Made by a program: the position numbers and the translations under genes
DNA from: an uncultured Methanoregulaceae archaeon
GTDB lineage: Archaea > Halobacteriota > Methanomicrobia > Methanomicrobiales > Methanospirillaceae
DNA: 64,000 nt
Reading direction: 5' to 3'
NCBI GenBank assembly: GCA_963701095.1
Contig: OY969564.1
Location: 2,368,001 to 2,432,000, forward strand
Shown: positions 40,027 to 50,568 of the stretch, piece by piece
Position numbering within the stretch: the stretch's first letter is position 1
Layout: the number at the start of each line of letters is the position of its first letter
Notes under the pieces: model-generated
What the model saw: only the letters and a program-made list of their open reading frames with translations
Databases searched by the model: none
Told to the model about the DNA's origin: nothing

Positions 40027-40649
40027 CCTTCGCACCTCTTTTTCGTACATACCTGTTTTGCGTATTCAACAATATGAGCATGTGTCTGGTGATATACGTG
40101 AGGATCCTCTGCAAGAACTTTTTCAAAGAGTGCTTTAAGCTCCTGTCGGGATGTAGTAATACCGGCACACAGTGCTATTCGTTCCGTGTAGGCATCAATA
40201 ACAAAACTCTCGCGGCCAAAAGCGTAGCAGAGTATGCTGTCAGCCGTCTCTTCACCGATCCCGTTTATCGCGAGAAGGCCTTTGCGAATGGTTGCCGTCG
40301 GTAAGGTTTGCATAGCATCTACGCCTCCGCAGGTCCCGATGACAAACGCAGCAAGCGCCTTAAGCCGTCGTGTCTTCACCCGGTAAAACCCGGTACACCG
40401 TACCGCTTCCTCTATTACGGAAGGATCGGCCGTGTCCAACAGTGCAAGGGAACAGAGGTTTTTTTCTTTAAGAAAGAAAAGAGCCCGTTCGACGTTCTCC
40501 CATCGGGTCTGCTGGGTCAGGATTGCGCCAATCATAACTTCATCGGCGTCTCCAGGCCACCAGGAAATCTCCCCGAATCTGGTGTTAAGGATCTTTACAA
40601 TCTCTGCTGCCTTTCTTTTATCGTTACCGGAACTGGATGCCGACATCAC
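39999..40649 (-). CDS. HhH-GPD endonuclease III-like protein
   Basis: GAILTQQT.W, GIGEETADSIL, FVIDAYT. Confidence 0.9.
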   Translation of the reverse strand: MMSASSSGNDKRKAAEIVKILNTRFGEISWWPGDADEVMIGAILTQQTRWENVERALFFLKEKNLCSLALLDTADPSVIEEAVRCTGFYRVKTRRLKALAAFVIGTCGGVDAMQTLPTATIRKGLLAINGIGEETADSILCYAFGRESFVIDAYTERIALCAGITTSRQELKALFEKVLAEDPHVYHQTHAHIVEYAKQVCTKKRCEGCRIMALNE

Positions 40650-41274
40650 GCATCTTGTTATACCGAGCGATATTGAGCACCAGCGGTGTGAGCGATTCTA
40701 TCATGGGTGAGACTGCGAGCGGTCCGGCATTGAAGGCTTGGAGACCGGATATCTGGTTTACAATCCCCATCACCTGCTTTTTTGCCTCTTCGTCGTCCCC
40801 GCACACCGGCACCGAGTATACCAGTTCATCATCCAGTGATTTCCACCGGTTGGCAGCGATGGTGTTGAACGCACAACAGAGCCGCGCCTCTTTGGGCAGG
40901 AGTTTTCGTATTAACAACGCAGCCGATCCTTCCGGTGGAGGATCAAAAACAAAGTGATCCCGCTTCTCCATCGGGTTGACCGGACTTATGACAATTTTGT
41001 CCTCAAAACCGCAGAGCGTGGATAATGTCGGGACAACATGAGCAAACGGGATCGCAAGAATAACTACGTCTGCCTTGTCTACGGCGTCCTGGTTGGTGAC
41101 ACCATTAAGGCTGCACTCTTTTCCCCGTTTTCTTAAGGTTTCACGGGTCATTGTGCAGCTCGCCTCGGCTTTATCCTGTTCCCGCGAACCGACCACCAGG
41201 TCAAAGATCGTGGAGAGGCGCATTGCCATTCCTTCGCCGATATCGCCAGTCCCACCGACAATACCGATCTTCAC
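40624..41274 (-). CDS. npdG: NADPH-dependent F420 reductase
   Basis: GGTGDIGEG, GSR...KA, PPPEGSAA, AGPL...ESLTP. Confidence 0.92.
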   Translation of the reverse strand: MKIGIVGGTGDIGEGMAMRLSTIFDLVVGSREQDKAEASCTMTRETLRKRGKECSLNGVTNQDAVDKADVVILAIPFAHVVPTLSTLCGFEDKIVISPVNPMEKRDHFVFDPPPEGSAALLIRKLLPKEARLCCAFNTIAANRWKSLDDELVYSVPVCGDDEEAKKQVMGIVNQISGLQAFNAGPLAVSPMIESLTPLVLNIARYNKMRDVGIQFR

Positions 41275-41547
41275 TTATCCCACCAGCGGCCGGAGCAGAT
41301 TTTCTAGTGTAGCAGCATCGGTGACGCCCTGCATGGTCTGGACGACTTTTCCATCCTTTTCGATAATGAGGGTAGGCACAACCTGGATCCCGTATTTTTG
41401 TGCGAGATCCATATGCTCATCGACATCAATTTTTCTTATTTCAACGGTATCGCCCAGTTTCTTTGCCAGTTCTTCGATTATCGGCGTCTGCATCCGGCAG
41501 GGGCCGCACCATGTGGCAAAAAAGTCGTACAGAACAGGTTTCGACAT
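41275..41547 (-). CDS. Thioredoxin
   Basis: FFATWCGPC, VVPT. Confidence 0.95.
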   Translation of the reverse strand: MSKPVLYDFFATWCGPCRMQTPIIEELAKKLGDTVEIRKIDVDEHMDLAQKYGIQVVPTLIIEKDGKVVQTMQGVTDAATLENLLRPLVG

Positions 41548-41602
41548 AGAATCATACCCGTTAGAGTAGTCAGTTAAAAAAAAAGATAAATCTATTGTTA
41601 TG

Positions 41603-43063
41603 TCACTCGGAGAGGATTTCCATGATGATTCTGCCGTATGCAGGACGGGTTACAACAACACCGACAACGACACCAAGCATGGTGATGATGGCAAATCCCG
41701 TAAGTGTTGAAAGATCCATGAGTGCAAGGGGAAGCATTGCAATCAGGACCGTTGCTGCGGCGATCATGATAATAGTGAGCGCACGGGAGAGTCTCTTGAG
41801 GTATACATTAGGAGACGGCACGATTCCCTCGTGTAGGATCTCATCAGTAATAACGACCAGCTGGTCAATACCCGTTCCGAGGACTGCGATAAGACCTGCG
41901 ATTGTGGGGAGGTCCATCTGGAACTTGATGACACTGATAAACCCAAGGAGAATAAGAATTTCTGAGGCGTTAATCAGCACCATAGGAAGGACTATCCTCG
42001 GCTCGCGGTAACGGTAGAAGATCACAAAGCCAACCATGATAAGGGCAAGGATACCAGCGAGGAGGCACATCTCCAGGTACTGCTGGCCAAGTGATGCCGA
42101 TGTCGAGCCGGACCCGGCGATATCGACATCAACCGGAAGTGCGCCGGCCCGAAGCTGGATCTCAAGATTGGTTGCCTGGTTCATACCCGATGTACCCGTT
42201 CCGGTGGATGCAAACAACTGGGTTGTAGGCTGGGTCTGGAGCGAACTTGCCAGTTCCGATGAGAGAGGTGCCGAATATACGGTCTGGTTATCAAGGAGCA
42301 TCGTGAGTTTATGATCTGCCGGGTCTACAGTTGCTCCATAGGTAATTGATGCATTCTGGAAGACTGCTGCACCGTCTGAGCTCAGGGTAAAACCGACACC
42401 CCAGTTTCCGCTGCCGGCCGGTGACTGGCTTGGCACGTTGACACTAGTTATGGAGTCGCCGTATAGTACGTGTTCGGACTGGTTATTGGCCGTCTGGATA
42501 CGGATTTCGAATTTGCCCTGTTTTCCAACAATCTGCTGGGCCTGGTTCATGTCAACGCCGGCCATCTCGACCCGTACATACCGGGTAACACCGCCAAGAC
42601 CGGTAATAGTATTGACCTTGGCATCTTTTGTGCCCATTGCGTTGATTTTCTGTTCGAGGATCTGTTTCACCAGGCTTGCCGTAGTTGAAGATATACCGGG
42701 CTGGTAGGAAATGACGGTTCCGCCTTCTGAAGCAAAGTACGGTGTAAGCTGATCCTGAGTATAGGATTTCCGGATCTCGACGTGACTTGCATCAACAAGG
42801 ACTACGTCCGTATCAAGGTCTTTGGAGAGGTTTGCAACAAATGTATCAACTGGTTCATTCGTTGTAAACCCGACCACTTCAGCTTTAAATTCAAGCTGTA
42901 GCCATGCTCCCTGTTGAAGGTCGAGGCCGTACTGGAGATTCGTGGTCAGGTTACCGTTGCTGTCAAAATGCGGATAGATAGCAATAACCGAAAGAACAAG
43001 GAGGATTATCAGTACCAGTACCCGCCAGTCACTGAACATTTCTTTTATTCGTTCCGGTTTCAT
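41603..43063 (-). CDS. secD: Preprotein translocase subunit SecD
   Basis: YGLDLQQG, LRAGALPV, GTGIDQLVVITDE. Confidence 0.93.
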   Translation of the reverse strand: MKPERIKEMFSDWRVLVLIILLVLSVIAIYPHFDSNGNLTTNLQYGLDLQQGAWLQLEFKAEVVGFTTNEPVDTFVANLSKDLDTDVVLVDASHVEIRKSYTQDQLTPYFASEGGTVISYQPGISSTTASLVKQILEQKINAMGTKDAKVNTITGLGGVTRYVRVEMAGVDMNQAQQIVGKQGKFEIRIQTANNQSEHVLYGDSITSVNVPSQSPAGSGNWGVGFTLSSDGAAVFQNASITYGATVDPADHKLTMLLDNQTVYSAPLSSELASSLQTQPTTQLFASTGTGTSGMNQATNLEIQLRAGALPVDVDIAGSGSTSASLGQQYLEMCLLAGILALIMVGFVIFYRYREPRIVLPMVLINASEILILLGFISVIKFQMDLPTIAGLIAVLGTGIDQLVVITDEILHEGIVPSPNVYLKRLSRALTIIMIAAATVLIAMLPLALMDLSTLTGFAIITMLGVVVGVVVTRPAYGRIIMEILSE

Positions 43064-43914
43064 TTTCCGCCTCCTTTTAAGACATACCATTTCAGGATGC
43101 CGACATTGGTAAGCCAGGTATTGAGGATATCAAAGAAAAGCCCCATCAGAAGAACCGCAGAAATCTGTTCTATGACCGATATCTGCCCGGCCCACGATAC
43201 GATCAGGAGCACTGTGACTGCAGCGATTGTCGTCGAGGTCATGATAATACCGGTACGGAACGCACCTTTCAGCTTATCATTGAGTTTTCCCTGCCGTTTG
43301 AGTACCCGTGTTGTAAGTAAAATGTCGCTGTCCACGGAATACCCGATAAGCATAAGAAGGGCTGCGGTGGTTCCAAGACTGAGCTGAATACCGACTACAT
43401 TCATAAGAGCGGCGGTCATGGCCATATCCGCAAAGGCCGAGAGGACGACTGCACATGATGGGACAAATGTCCTAAACGAGACAAAGACCACGATTGCCAT
43501 GCCGATAAAGGCAATGATAAGCGCAATGAATGCCTGGTCCTGCAGTGTCTTTCCAAAGGATTCGCCGATCTGGTTGATCTGTGCATCTGGGAATTGAGTT
43601 TCAATGAGCCCGGATAACTTCTGGTATTGCGCATCGCTCATGGATCCAAACGTGATGAATTTCCCGTTGTTGAGTCCCTGACTGATACTTACCAGCGGAT
43701 AACCCGCAAAGATGGTCTGGAGCTGCGCCGATGTATCAGGTGTAATTACCGTTACGGCAGTCCCTCCGGAAAAATCGATCCCCGGTACAACCGGCATTCC
43801 GACAGTGAGCGTGACATACGCCAGCACTACAAGAGATATAACAAGCAGCACCGTCGGGATTATCACCAGTTGTTTTGGTGAATATTTTTCGATGTTGTAT
43901 TCGAATAATCCCAT
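43060..43914 (-). CDS. secF: Preprotein translocase subunit SecF
   Basis: GIDFSGGT, LLMLIGYSVDSDILLT. Confidence 0.93.
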   Translation of the reverse strand: MGLFEYNIEKYSPKQLVIIPTVLLVISLVVLAYVTLTVGMPVVPGIDFSGGTAVTVITPDTSAQLQTIFAGYPLVSISQGLNNGKFITFGSMSDAQYQKLSGLIETQFPDAQINQIGESFGKTLQDQAFIALIIAFIGMAIVVFVSFRTFVPSCAVVLSAFADMAMTAALMNVVGIQLSLGTTAALLMLIGYSVDSDILLTTRVLKRQGKLNDKLKGAFRTGIIMTSTTIAAVTVLLIVSWAGQISVIEQISAVLLMGLFFDILNTWLTNVGILKWYVLKGGGK

Positions 43915-44115
43915 GATATATCATCTGTTCATGAACGATTAAATAATTACCAATGGTCGGGAGCTGCGGGAAAGTATCTTTGGACCTTCAGCATAGTCAG
44001 GCAGATCCTCCCAAATATCCGTCGGCACTAAACCGGAATGCCAGCTATAACAAGCCGGTTTTCCATAAGCGAAAAAATCCAAACATATATATGGAAAAAG
44101 TCGTGACACTAACTC

Positions 44116-44424
44116 ATGAGATCTCAATTCGAGATCGAACGAATGATTGAGGGCAGGCTAAAGTCCTATCTCTCACGGGATAAGACCGGCATCCGGCGCG
44201 AAGTGCTCCGGATCCTGCTTAAGATCCGCCAGACCACCATTGCAGATATCCTCGCGGGTCTCCGGGAACAGTTCAAGGTATCCTTCCACACGATCGCATC
44301 GATGGTAGGTATTATCGCCTCTCGTATCGGTATCCTGAAAGTCAGCAAGAACCCCGGGGGAGTCACAACCTATGAACTCCGGGAGAAGTACGCATGCATG
44401 GTTGTGCGGCTCGTAGGTGCATAA
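44116..44424 (+). CDS. DUF2551-like winged-helix protein
   Basis: RLKSYLSRDKTGIRR, ASMVGIIASRIGIL. Confidence 0.7.
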   Translation: MRSQFEIERMIEGRLKSYLSRDKTGIRREVLRILLKIRQTTIADILAGLREQFKVSFHTIASMVGIIASRIGILKVSKNPGGVTTYELREKYACMVVRLVGA

Positions 44425-44466
44425 GAACACGCCGGCCCTCTCCTTAACCATAACCGTTTTTTACCA

Positions 44467-44778
44467 GTGCTTCACAATACTCCCGGTATAATGCCCGGTC
44501 ACCCTTTTGATCCCTCCGGCGTTTCCAGCATCACGGTTGCTCCCGAGGTCCTGGACTATATCGAAAAGAAGAACTGTGATTTCCGTATTTGTACCTCTTG
44601 CGGAGGCCCGATTCTCCTCCCGGTACGGATAAAACCGCCAAAAAGAAGCGATGTCCTGCTCCAGGCCGCCCGCCATACCATTTACATCTCCATTCACCAG
44701 GCACGTTTTCTTGATGAAATACGCATCGAAATGATTCCGTTCTATGAAGAAGGGTCGCATACGACACAGATGGAATGA
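44467..44778 (+). CDS. Small HesB-like fold protein with CxxC
   Basis: DFRICTSCGGPILLP; stop overlaps archease start. Confidence 0.65.
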   Translation: MLHNTPGIMPGHPFDPSGVSSITVAPEVLDYIEKKNCDFRICTSCGGPILLPVRIKPPKRSDVLLQAARHTIYISIHQARFLDEIRIEMIPFYEEGSHTTQME

Positions 44779-45185
44779 TGAGTTACGAAGAGCTTTCCCA
44801 TACCGCAGATGTGAAGATACGGGCCCGTGCACCCACCTGTAACGCACTGTTCGGGGAAGCTTTTCAGGCACTGATGCAGGTGATGTACGGTGAGGATCGA
44901 AAGGGCGGAACATCCCGGACTATCGATCTTAGTGCACCGGACCGGGAATCGCTGCTCCTTGATTTCCTTTCCGAGGTATTGTTTGTCTCCGAAGTGGATG
45001 GTCTGGTGTTCTGTTGTGCTGAAGTCCATCTCGGGGGGATGCATATCCACGCCCTCCTTGACGGAGAACCGTTCGATCCTGCACGGCATGCCAAAGGAAC
45101 AGAAGTAAAAGGTATTTCGTATTCAGGTATGTCCATCCGGAAAGACGCCAAAGGATATATGCTGGATATCTTATTTGATGTATAG
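44775..45185 (+). CDS. Archease
   Basis: HTADV, EVKGISY, ILFDV C-terminus; directly upstream of rtcB. Confidence 0.95.
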   Translation: MMSYEELSHTADVKIRARAPTCNALFGEAFQALMQVMYGEDRKGGTSRTIDLSAPDRESLLLDFLSEVLFVSEVDGLVFCCAEVHLGGMHIHALLDGEPFDPARHAKGTEVKGISYSGMSIRKDAKGYMLDILFDV

Positions 45186-45197
45186 CGGGGGACAAAA

Positions 45198-46630
45198 ATG
45201 CCACAAGGAGTGACAAAGGCCGGACCGGATGAATGGGAAATACCGGTTGGCTATGTACCCGGCATGCGGGTACCGGGGCGATTTTTCCTCTCCGATAATC
45301 TTGAAGCAATCCTGGAGCCCGGTGCTATCCAGCAGCTGGCAAACGTCGCAACGCTTCCCGGGATCGTCCGGTCCTCTCTGGGTATGCCGGACCTCCACTG
45401 GGGATACGGGTTTCCCATAGGCGGGGTTGGAGCCTTCTCTCTTGATAATGGGATCATTTCCCCCGGAGGTGTTGGTTTTGACATCAACTGCGGCGTCCGT
45501 CTTTTTACAACCCCTCTCGTGCGGCGTGACATCAAAAAACCCCGGGAGCTCGTCGAATCCCTGTATCATGCCGTTCCGACCGGGATCGGTGCAAAAAGCT
45601 CAACAAAGCTCACCCCATCTGCGCTCATCGAAATAATGAATAAAGGAGCGCGCTACGCTGTGGACGCCGGCTATGGTCTCGAGCGGGACCTTGTCCGGTG
45701 CGAAGAGAATGGCGCAATGAAACAGGCGGACACCCGGGGGGTCTCTGAAAAAGCCCGCGCACGGGGTATTCCCCAGACCGGGACCCTTGGATCAGGAAAT
45801 CATTTCCTGGAACTTCAGGAAGTAAGCGAGATTTATGATACAGCTGCTGCCGAAGCATTCGGCCTTGAACAAGGACAGATCTGCTGCATGATCCATTGCG
45901 GTTCCCGGGTATCGGGCACCAGGTCTGTACCGATCATATCAAAACACTTGAAACAGCGGTAAAGAAGTACCATATCACCCTTCCCGACCGCCAGCTTGCC
46001 TGCGCTCCAGCTGGATCTCCTGAAGGTACAGCCTATTTTGGTGCAATGGCTGCTGCCGCAAATTATGCCTGGGCCAACCGGCAGATGATCCTCCATGCCG
46101 CACGCAGGGAATTCGTCCGGATGTTTGGTATCGGGTATGAGACCATGCCTCTGGTATACGATGTCGCCCACAACGTGGCAAAGATCGAGGAACATCTGGT
46201 AGACGGCCATCCTGTCCGCCTTATGGTACATCGCAAGGGGGCCACAAGGTCGTTCGGGCCCGGCGTCAGGATCTTCCGGGGGATCTCGCAAGAATCGGGC
46301 AACCAGTGATTGTTCCCGGGAGCATGGGAACGTCTTCCTACGTCCTGAAAGGTACGGCTGTCAGCTATGGAACGGACGTTTGGGAGCACCTGCCACGGTT
46401 CTGGCAGGATCATGAGCCGGTCGCAGGCAAAAAAGACCCTGACCGGAAAAGAGGTAGCAGACCATCTTCTTGCCCGGGGTATCATTGTGCGGGCGCCAAA
46501 CGAGGCGGCAATTGCCGATGAAGCCCCCGAGGTCTACAAACCCAGCAGCGAAGTAGTGCAGGTCGTCCATAACGCAGGTATTTCCACCCTCGTAGCCCGG
46601 CTCTCCCCGATGGGAGTGATTAAGGGATGA
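45198..46630 (+). CDS. rtcB: RtcB tRNA-splicing ligase; frameshifts near 45908, 46263 and 46356
   Basis: [67 protein letters not shown]. Confidence 0.95.
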
Positions 46631-47202
46631 GCTGTCGGGCAGGTTTTGTCTGGGAGACGCCCCAGCATTTTGTCCGGTATATTGAAGACTGCGGGGTCAC
46701 GTGTGAGCTGGTAACGCCCTATATGCTCGCCGCCCCATTCTTCCGCGGTTCGTTTACCTGCCTTGTCATTCCGACCGGCTTTGCAAACCCGGCCTATTGC
46801 CGGCTGCTCCCGGCACTTCGGGCTTCCTCGGATCGTATACACCGGTTTGTGGAAAACGGGGGAAACCTCCTTGTCTTTGGAGCAGCGATCGATAAGACGG
46901 ATGCATATGACTGGCTGCCATTCCCGGTTACCTACCGGCACGAAGTTGTGCCCCGGAAAGTTACCTGCAGAAATTCAGCACTCGCTGCAGCCCTCGTCGA
47001 AGACTACGATCCCAATCGTATCGAATGTGACGGCACATTCCCTGCATATGAGGGGGCCACAGCTGGAGATGCCGACGGGTCCCCCCTTATTATTGAAGAA
47101 AAGGTGGGAAAAGGAACGGTGATAGTTACCAGTATCCATGAATATCCCTCACGTGCTTTTGTAAAACAATTCTGTGCCCAGGGTACGCAAACCTTATTCT
47201 AG
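46627..47202 (+). CDS. Conserved hypothetical protein (class I glutamine amidotransferase-like fold, tentative)
   Basis: LVIPTGF, FVENGGNLLVFG, GKGTVIVTSIHE. Confidence 0.6.
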   Translation: MSCRAGFVWETPQHFVRYIEDCGVTCELVTPYMLAAPFFRGSFTCLVIPTGFANPAYCRLLPALRASSDRIHRFVENGGNLLVFGAAIDKTDAYDWLPFPVTYRHEVVPRKVTCRNSALAAALVEDYDPNRIECDGTFPAYEGATAGDADGSPLIIEEKVGKGTVIVTSIHEYPSRAFVKQFCAQGTQTLF

Positions 47203-47236
47203 CGGAAAAATACCAGATTGATATGAGGAATGTCCG

Positions 47237-47659
47237 ATGGACCGGTACATGTTATGCGAAACTGCGGAAGCCGCAGATCTTGAACCGGTGGCCCTTGCCA
47301 TCCATGAGATCATTCACCGCTTGCCGGTGACGGCGAAATCGTTACTGAAACCAGGTATCCGGATTGAAGACGGCCGGGTAGTCGACCGTAATTACTCCGG
47401 CCCGGTGCTCGAAGCGTCCATCGCCCAAAACAAGGTGATAAAAATAACCCCGGAAAAAGGTGCCTACAAAGGCGTGCCGGTCACGGTTGCTCCCATCCGG
47501 GATCATAATGGTAAGGCTATAGGCGCTATCGGCGTGGTCGATGTCACCGGGATCTTCGATCTGGCTACATTGATGGAACACCAGTCCGCTATCATCAAAC
47601 AGGTCTGCGGAAAGGATCCCTGCCCCCTGCCGCAGGATGAAAGCAATAACCGGAGGTGA
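47237..47659 (+). CDS. DUF2111-like protein
   Basis: LPVT, NYSGPVLE, GAYKGVPVTVAPI...GAIGVVD. Confidence 0.7.
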   Translation: MDRYMLCETAEAADLEPVALAIHEIIHRLPVTAKSLLKPGIRIEDGRVVDRNYSGPVLEASIAQNKVIKITPEKGAYKGVPVTVAPIRDHNGKAIGAIGVVDVTGIFDLATLMEHQSAIIKQVCGKDPCPLPQDESNNRR

Positions 47660-47689
47660 TCTTTTACGCCTGATTCTGCATTCCGGGTC

Positions 47690-48646
47690 ATGGCAATTCT
47701 CGAAAAGTCGGACGGTCCCGTATCGGGTGAAACGATAAGTAACGAGCTGGGCATTACCCGTTCAGCCGTCTGGAAGCACATCAACGAACTGCGGATGATG
47801 GGGTACGATATTTCATCGTCGCAGAAGGAAGGGTACCGGCTTACGCGCATGAGTAACAAGCTTCTCCCGTACGAGATCCACAAAAAACTGCAGACCAAGG
47901 TTATTGGTAAGAAGATGCGGTACCTGGAGAACACGCCCTCCACAATATGGGCCGGAAAACAGCTCTGTGCGGAAGGCGACGTGGAAAAAATGCACGGTAT
48001 GGTGATAATTGCCGAAGAACAGACCGGGGGCATCGGCAGGATGGGAAGGGCCTGGATCTCGCCAAGCGGCGGGATCTGGATAACGATTGTCCTCAAACCC
48101 CATATCCCCATCGATCGCATCTTTATGATTACCATGGCAGGATCAGTTGCCGTCGCCCGGGCAATAAGAAAGGAGTTTTCCCTCGGCGCCCTTATCAAAT
48201 GGCCCAATGATATCTTCATCGGCAACAAAAAAGTTGCCGGTCTCCTTCTAGAGCTTGCGGCAGAAGCTGATGCTGTACATTACTGCCTTCTTGGGATCGG
48301 TATTGACGCAAACGTCCCCCTCAGCGCATTCTCCCCGTCGCTACAAGACAATATTACTTCGATATCAGCTGAACTTGGCCATGAGGTGGACCGGGCCTCG
48401 TTTTTGGCACGGATCCTAAAAGAGTTCGAAGGCCAGTATATCCTCGTCGAAGGTGGCGAATACGACACCATTATCCGGGAATGGAAAAGTCTTTCCTGCA
48501 CGCTCGAACACCGGGTGGATATACGGACCCTCAAAAACAGTTTTTCCGGCGAAGCAGTCGATATTGACGAGTTCGGTGCACTTATTATCAGAAAAGACAA
48601 CGGCAAGCTCGAACGCGTGATTGCCGGCGACTGTTTCCACCAGTGA
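47690..48646 (+). CDS. birA: Bifunctional biotin ligase/repressor
   Basis: N-terminal HTH (SGETI...TRSAVWKHI); QTGGIGRMGRAW, KWPND, KKVAGLL. Confidence 0.95.
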   Translation: MAILEKSDGPVSGETISNELGITRSAVWKHINELRMMGYDISSSQKEGYRLTRMSNKLLPYEIHKKLQTKVIGKKMRYLENTPSTIWAGKQLCAEGDVEKMHGMVIIAEEQTGGIGRMGRAWISPSGGIWITIVLKPHIPIDRIFMITMAGSVAVARAIRKEFSLGALIKWPNDIFIGNKKVAGLLLELAAEADAVHYCLLGIGIDANVPLSAFSPSLQDNITSISAELGHEVDRASFLARILKEFEGQYILVEGGEYDTIIREWKSLSCTLEHRVDIRTLKNSFSGEAVDIDEFGALIIRKDNGKLERVIAGDCFHQ

Positions 48647-48695
48647 GTCGCGGGTACTTTTTTATCGTCAACCTCCAAAATTTAAGTGGTTGACG

Positions 48696-49205
48696 ATGTT
48701 TGGAGATCTCCGGCGCTCCCGCCGTATTGCATATACTGCGGCCTTTATCGGTCTTATCACGCTTGGTGGCTGGATTTCCATCCCGTTTGTTCCCGCCCCC
48801 TTTACGCTCCAGACATTTTTTGTCCTTCTTTCGGCAGCGGTCATGAAGCGTGAAGCCGTTATCCCGGTAGCGTTATACGTGGCACTCGGTGCGCTTGGCC
48901 TGCCGGTCTTTCACAATGGTGTCGCCGGGTTTGGTGTTCTTATCGGGCCTACCGGGGGGTACCTGGTCGGGTTTATCCCGGCGGCTTTTATTGCCGGTAT
49001 TGCCTGGGAATCCGGTTCTACCATACGCCGGATTGCAGGGCTTTTCTCTGCTGATGTACTCATTCTCCTCTGCGGTGTAGCATGGTTGATCGTTTCTTCG
49101 GGTATGAGCCCGGTCGCCGCGTTTATTCTCGGGATGGCCATCTTCCTTCCCGGTGAAGCGGTAAAAGCCGGTGCCGTTTACCTGGTTGCACGGCAGCTGC
49201 CATGA
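48696..49205 (+). CDS. bioY: Biotin ECF S-component
   Basis: PFTLQT, GLPVF, GPTGGYLVGF. Confidence 0.93.
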   Translation: MFGDLRRSRRIAYTAAFIGLITLGGWISIPFVPAPFTLQTFFVLLSAAVMKREAVIPVALYVALGALGLPVFHNGVAGFGVLIGPTGGYLVGFIPAAFIAGIAWESGSTIRRIAGLFSADVLILLCGVAWLIVSSGMSPVAAFILGMAIFLPGEAVKAGAVYLVARQLP

Positions 49206-49873
49206 TCACAGTCGAAGCGCTCCGGTACCGTGATATAGTCATAGATGCACTTGCATTACATCCCGGTGTGACATCACTTATCGGTCCAAACGGCAGCGGC
49301 AAAACGACGTTTTTAAAACTCTGCGCCGGCATTACCGCACCGGAGCACGGAACTGTTCTTGTAGATGGCCAGTGCCCCCGGTTGACTGAGATCGGGTACG
49401 TAAATGAGTTCCCGGACCGGAACATTCTGTTTCCCATGGTAAAAGACGAACTGGCCTCACTGCTGCGTTTTGCGCATATCCCGTGCAGGGAGACTGATCA
49501 TACTGTCAGGGACTGTGCGGCAAGGTTAGGACTCTCTCCTCTGCTGGACCGGCGTGTTCAGGACCTGAGCGGGGGCGAGAAGATCATGGTTGCATTTGCC
49601 GCAGCATGTATCAGCCGGCCAAAGGTTCTTGTCCTTGACGAATGCGATTCTCACCTGGATGTTACCCGGTGTGCGTGGCTTGAAAGGATGCTTCGTGATG
49701 CTGGTGCACCCTACGTGATCCGGTGCACCCAGCAGATGGAGACTGCGTCCAACAGCGATTACCTGCTCTATTTTGAACAGGGCCGGGTACTCTATACAGG
49801 CACTCCGGCCGAGGTCTTTACCCGTCTGCACAATACCTCCTTTTACCCCCTTTCATGGAGGTGCCCGGAGTGA
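49202..49873 (+). CDS. ECF transporter ATPase
   Basis: GPNGSGKT, LSGGE, LVLDE. Confidence 0.88.
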   Translation: MITVEALRYRDIVIDALALHPGVTSLIGPNGSGKTTFLKLCAGITAPEHGTVLVDGQCPRLTEIGYVNEFPDRNILFPMVKDELASLLRFAHIPCRETDHTVRDCAARLGLSPLLDRRVQDLSGGEKIMVAFAAACISRPKVLVLDECDSHLDVTRCAWLERMLRDAGAPYVIRCTQQMETASNSDYLLYFEQGRVLYTGTPAEVFTRLHNTSFYPLSWRCPE

Positions 49874-50568
49874 GGCTTGTCCTTGAGAATGTTGTGCTTC
49901 AGCGCCAGTCATGGTCGCTAGTCGCATCCGGGGTGTTTACCCCGGGGACTCACCTCGTCAGCGGTGACGTTGGCTCCGGGAAGTCTACGCTGGCTCTTGA
50001 AATGGCCGGCCTGCAGGTACCGGACTCGGGTACCGTGACCCGGGAAGGGATCCAGACTGCACTTCTTTCTTTCCAGTTTCCCGAATTTCATGTCACCGGG
50101 TTCTCTGTCGCAGAGGAATGCGCATCATGGGGTCTTGAACCTGAAGATGTATTACAACGTGCCGGTATCGCGGTGCAGGAAGATACACCGGTCCTTTCGC
50201 TGAGCCGGGGAGAACTCAAGCGCCTGCACCTCGCCTGTGTCCTTTCCCGTGAATATGACCTTCTCCTGCTCGATGAACCTTTTTCCTCTCTCGATTGTCC
50301 CGGGAAAGAAGAGATCTGCAGGCAGCTGAATGCCCGGACACGCGGCATTACAATCCTGTTCACCCATGAACAGAGCATCTTTCCTCAGATCGACCATATC
50401 TGGGAAATTGCCGGAGGGTTCCTGGGAGACTGCGATGAGATGCCCGGGGCGCTTACCCGCTGGCAGCATGCCCCTCCCCTGATTAAGAGATTATTAAAAA
50501 CCGGAAAAGTCCCTGAAAACATCACGCCGGAAGGTATACAGGAGGCAGCATGCAGGACCCGCGAGTAA
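49870..50568 (+). CDS. ECF transporter ATPase (second copy)
   Basis: GDVGSGKS, FQFPE, LSRGE, LLLDEPF. Confidence 0.85.
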   Translation: MRLVLENVVLQRQSWSLVASGVFTPGTHLVSGDVGSGKSTLALEMAGLQVPDSGTVTREGIQTALLSFQFPEFHVTGFSVAEECASWGLEPEDVLQRAGIAVQEDTPVLSLSRGELKRLHLACVLSREYDLLLLDEPFSSLDCPGKEEICRQLNARTRGITILFTHEQSIFPQIDHIWEIAGGFLGDCDEMPGALTRWQHAPPLIKRLLKTGKVPENITPEGIQEAACRTRE

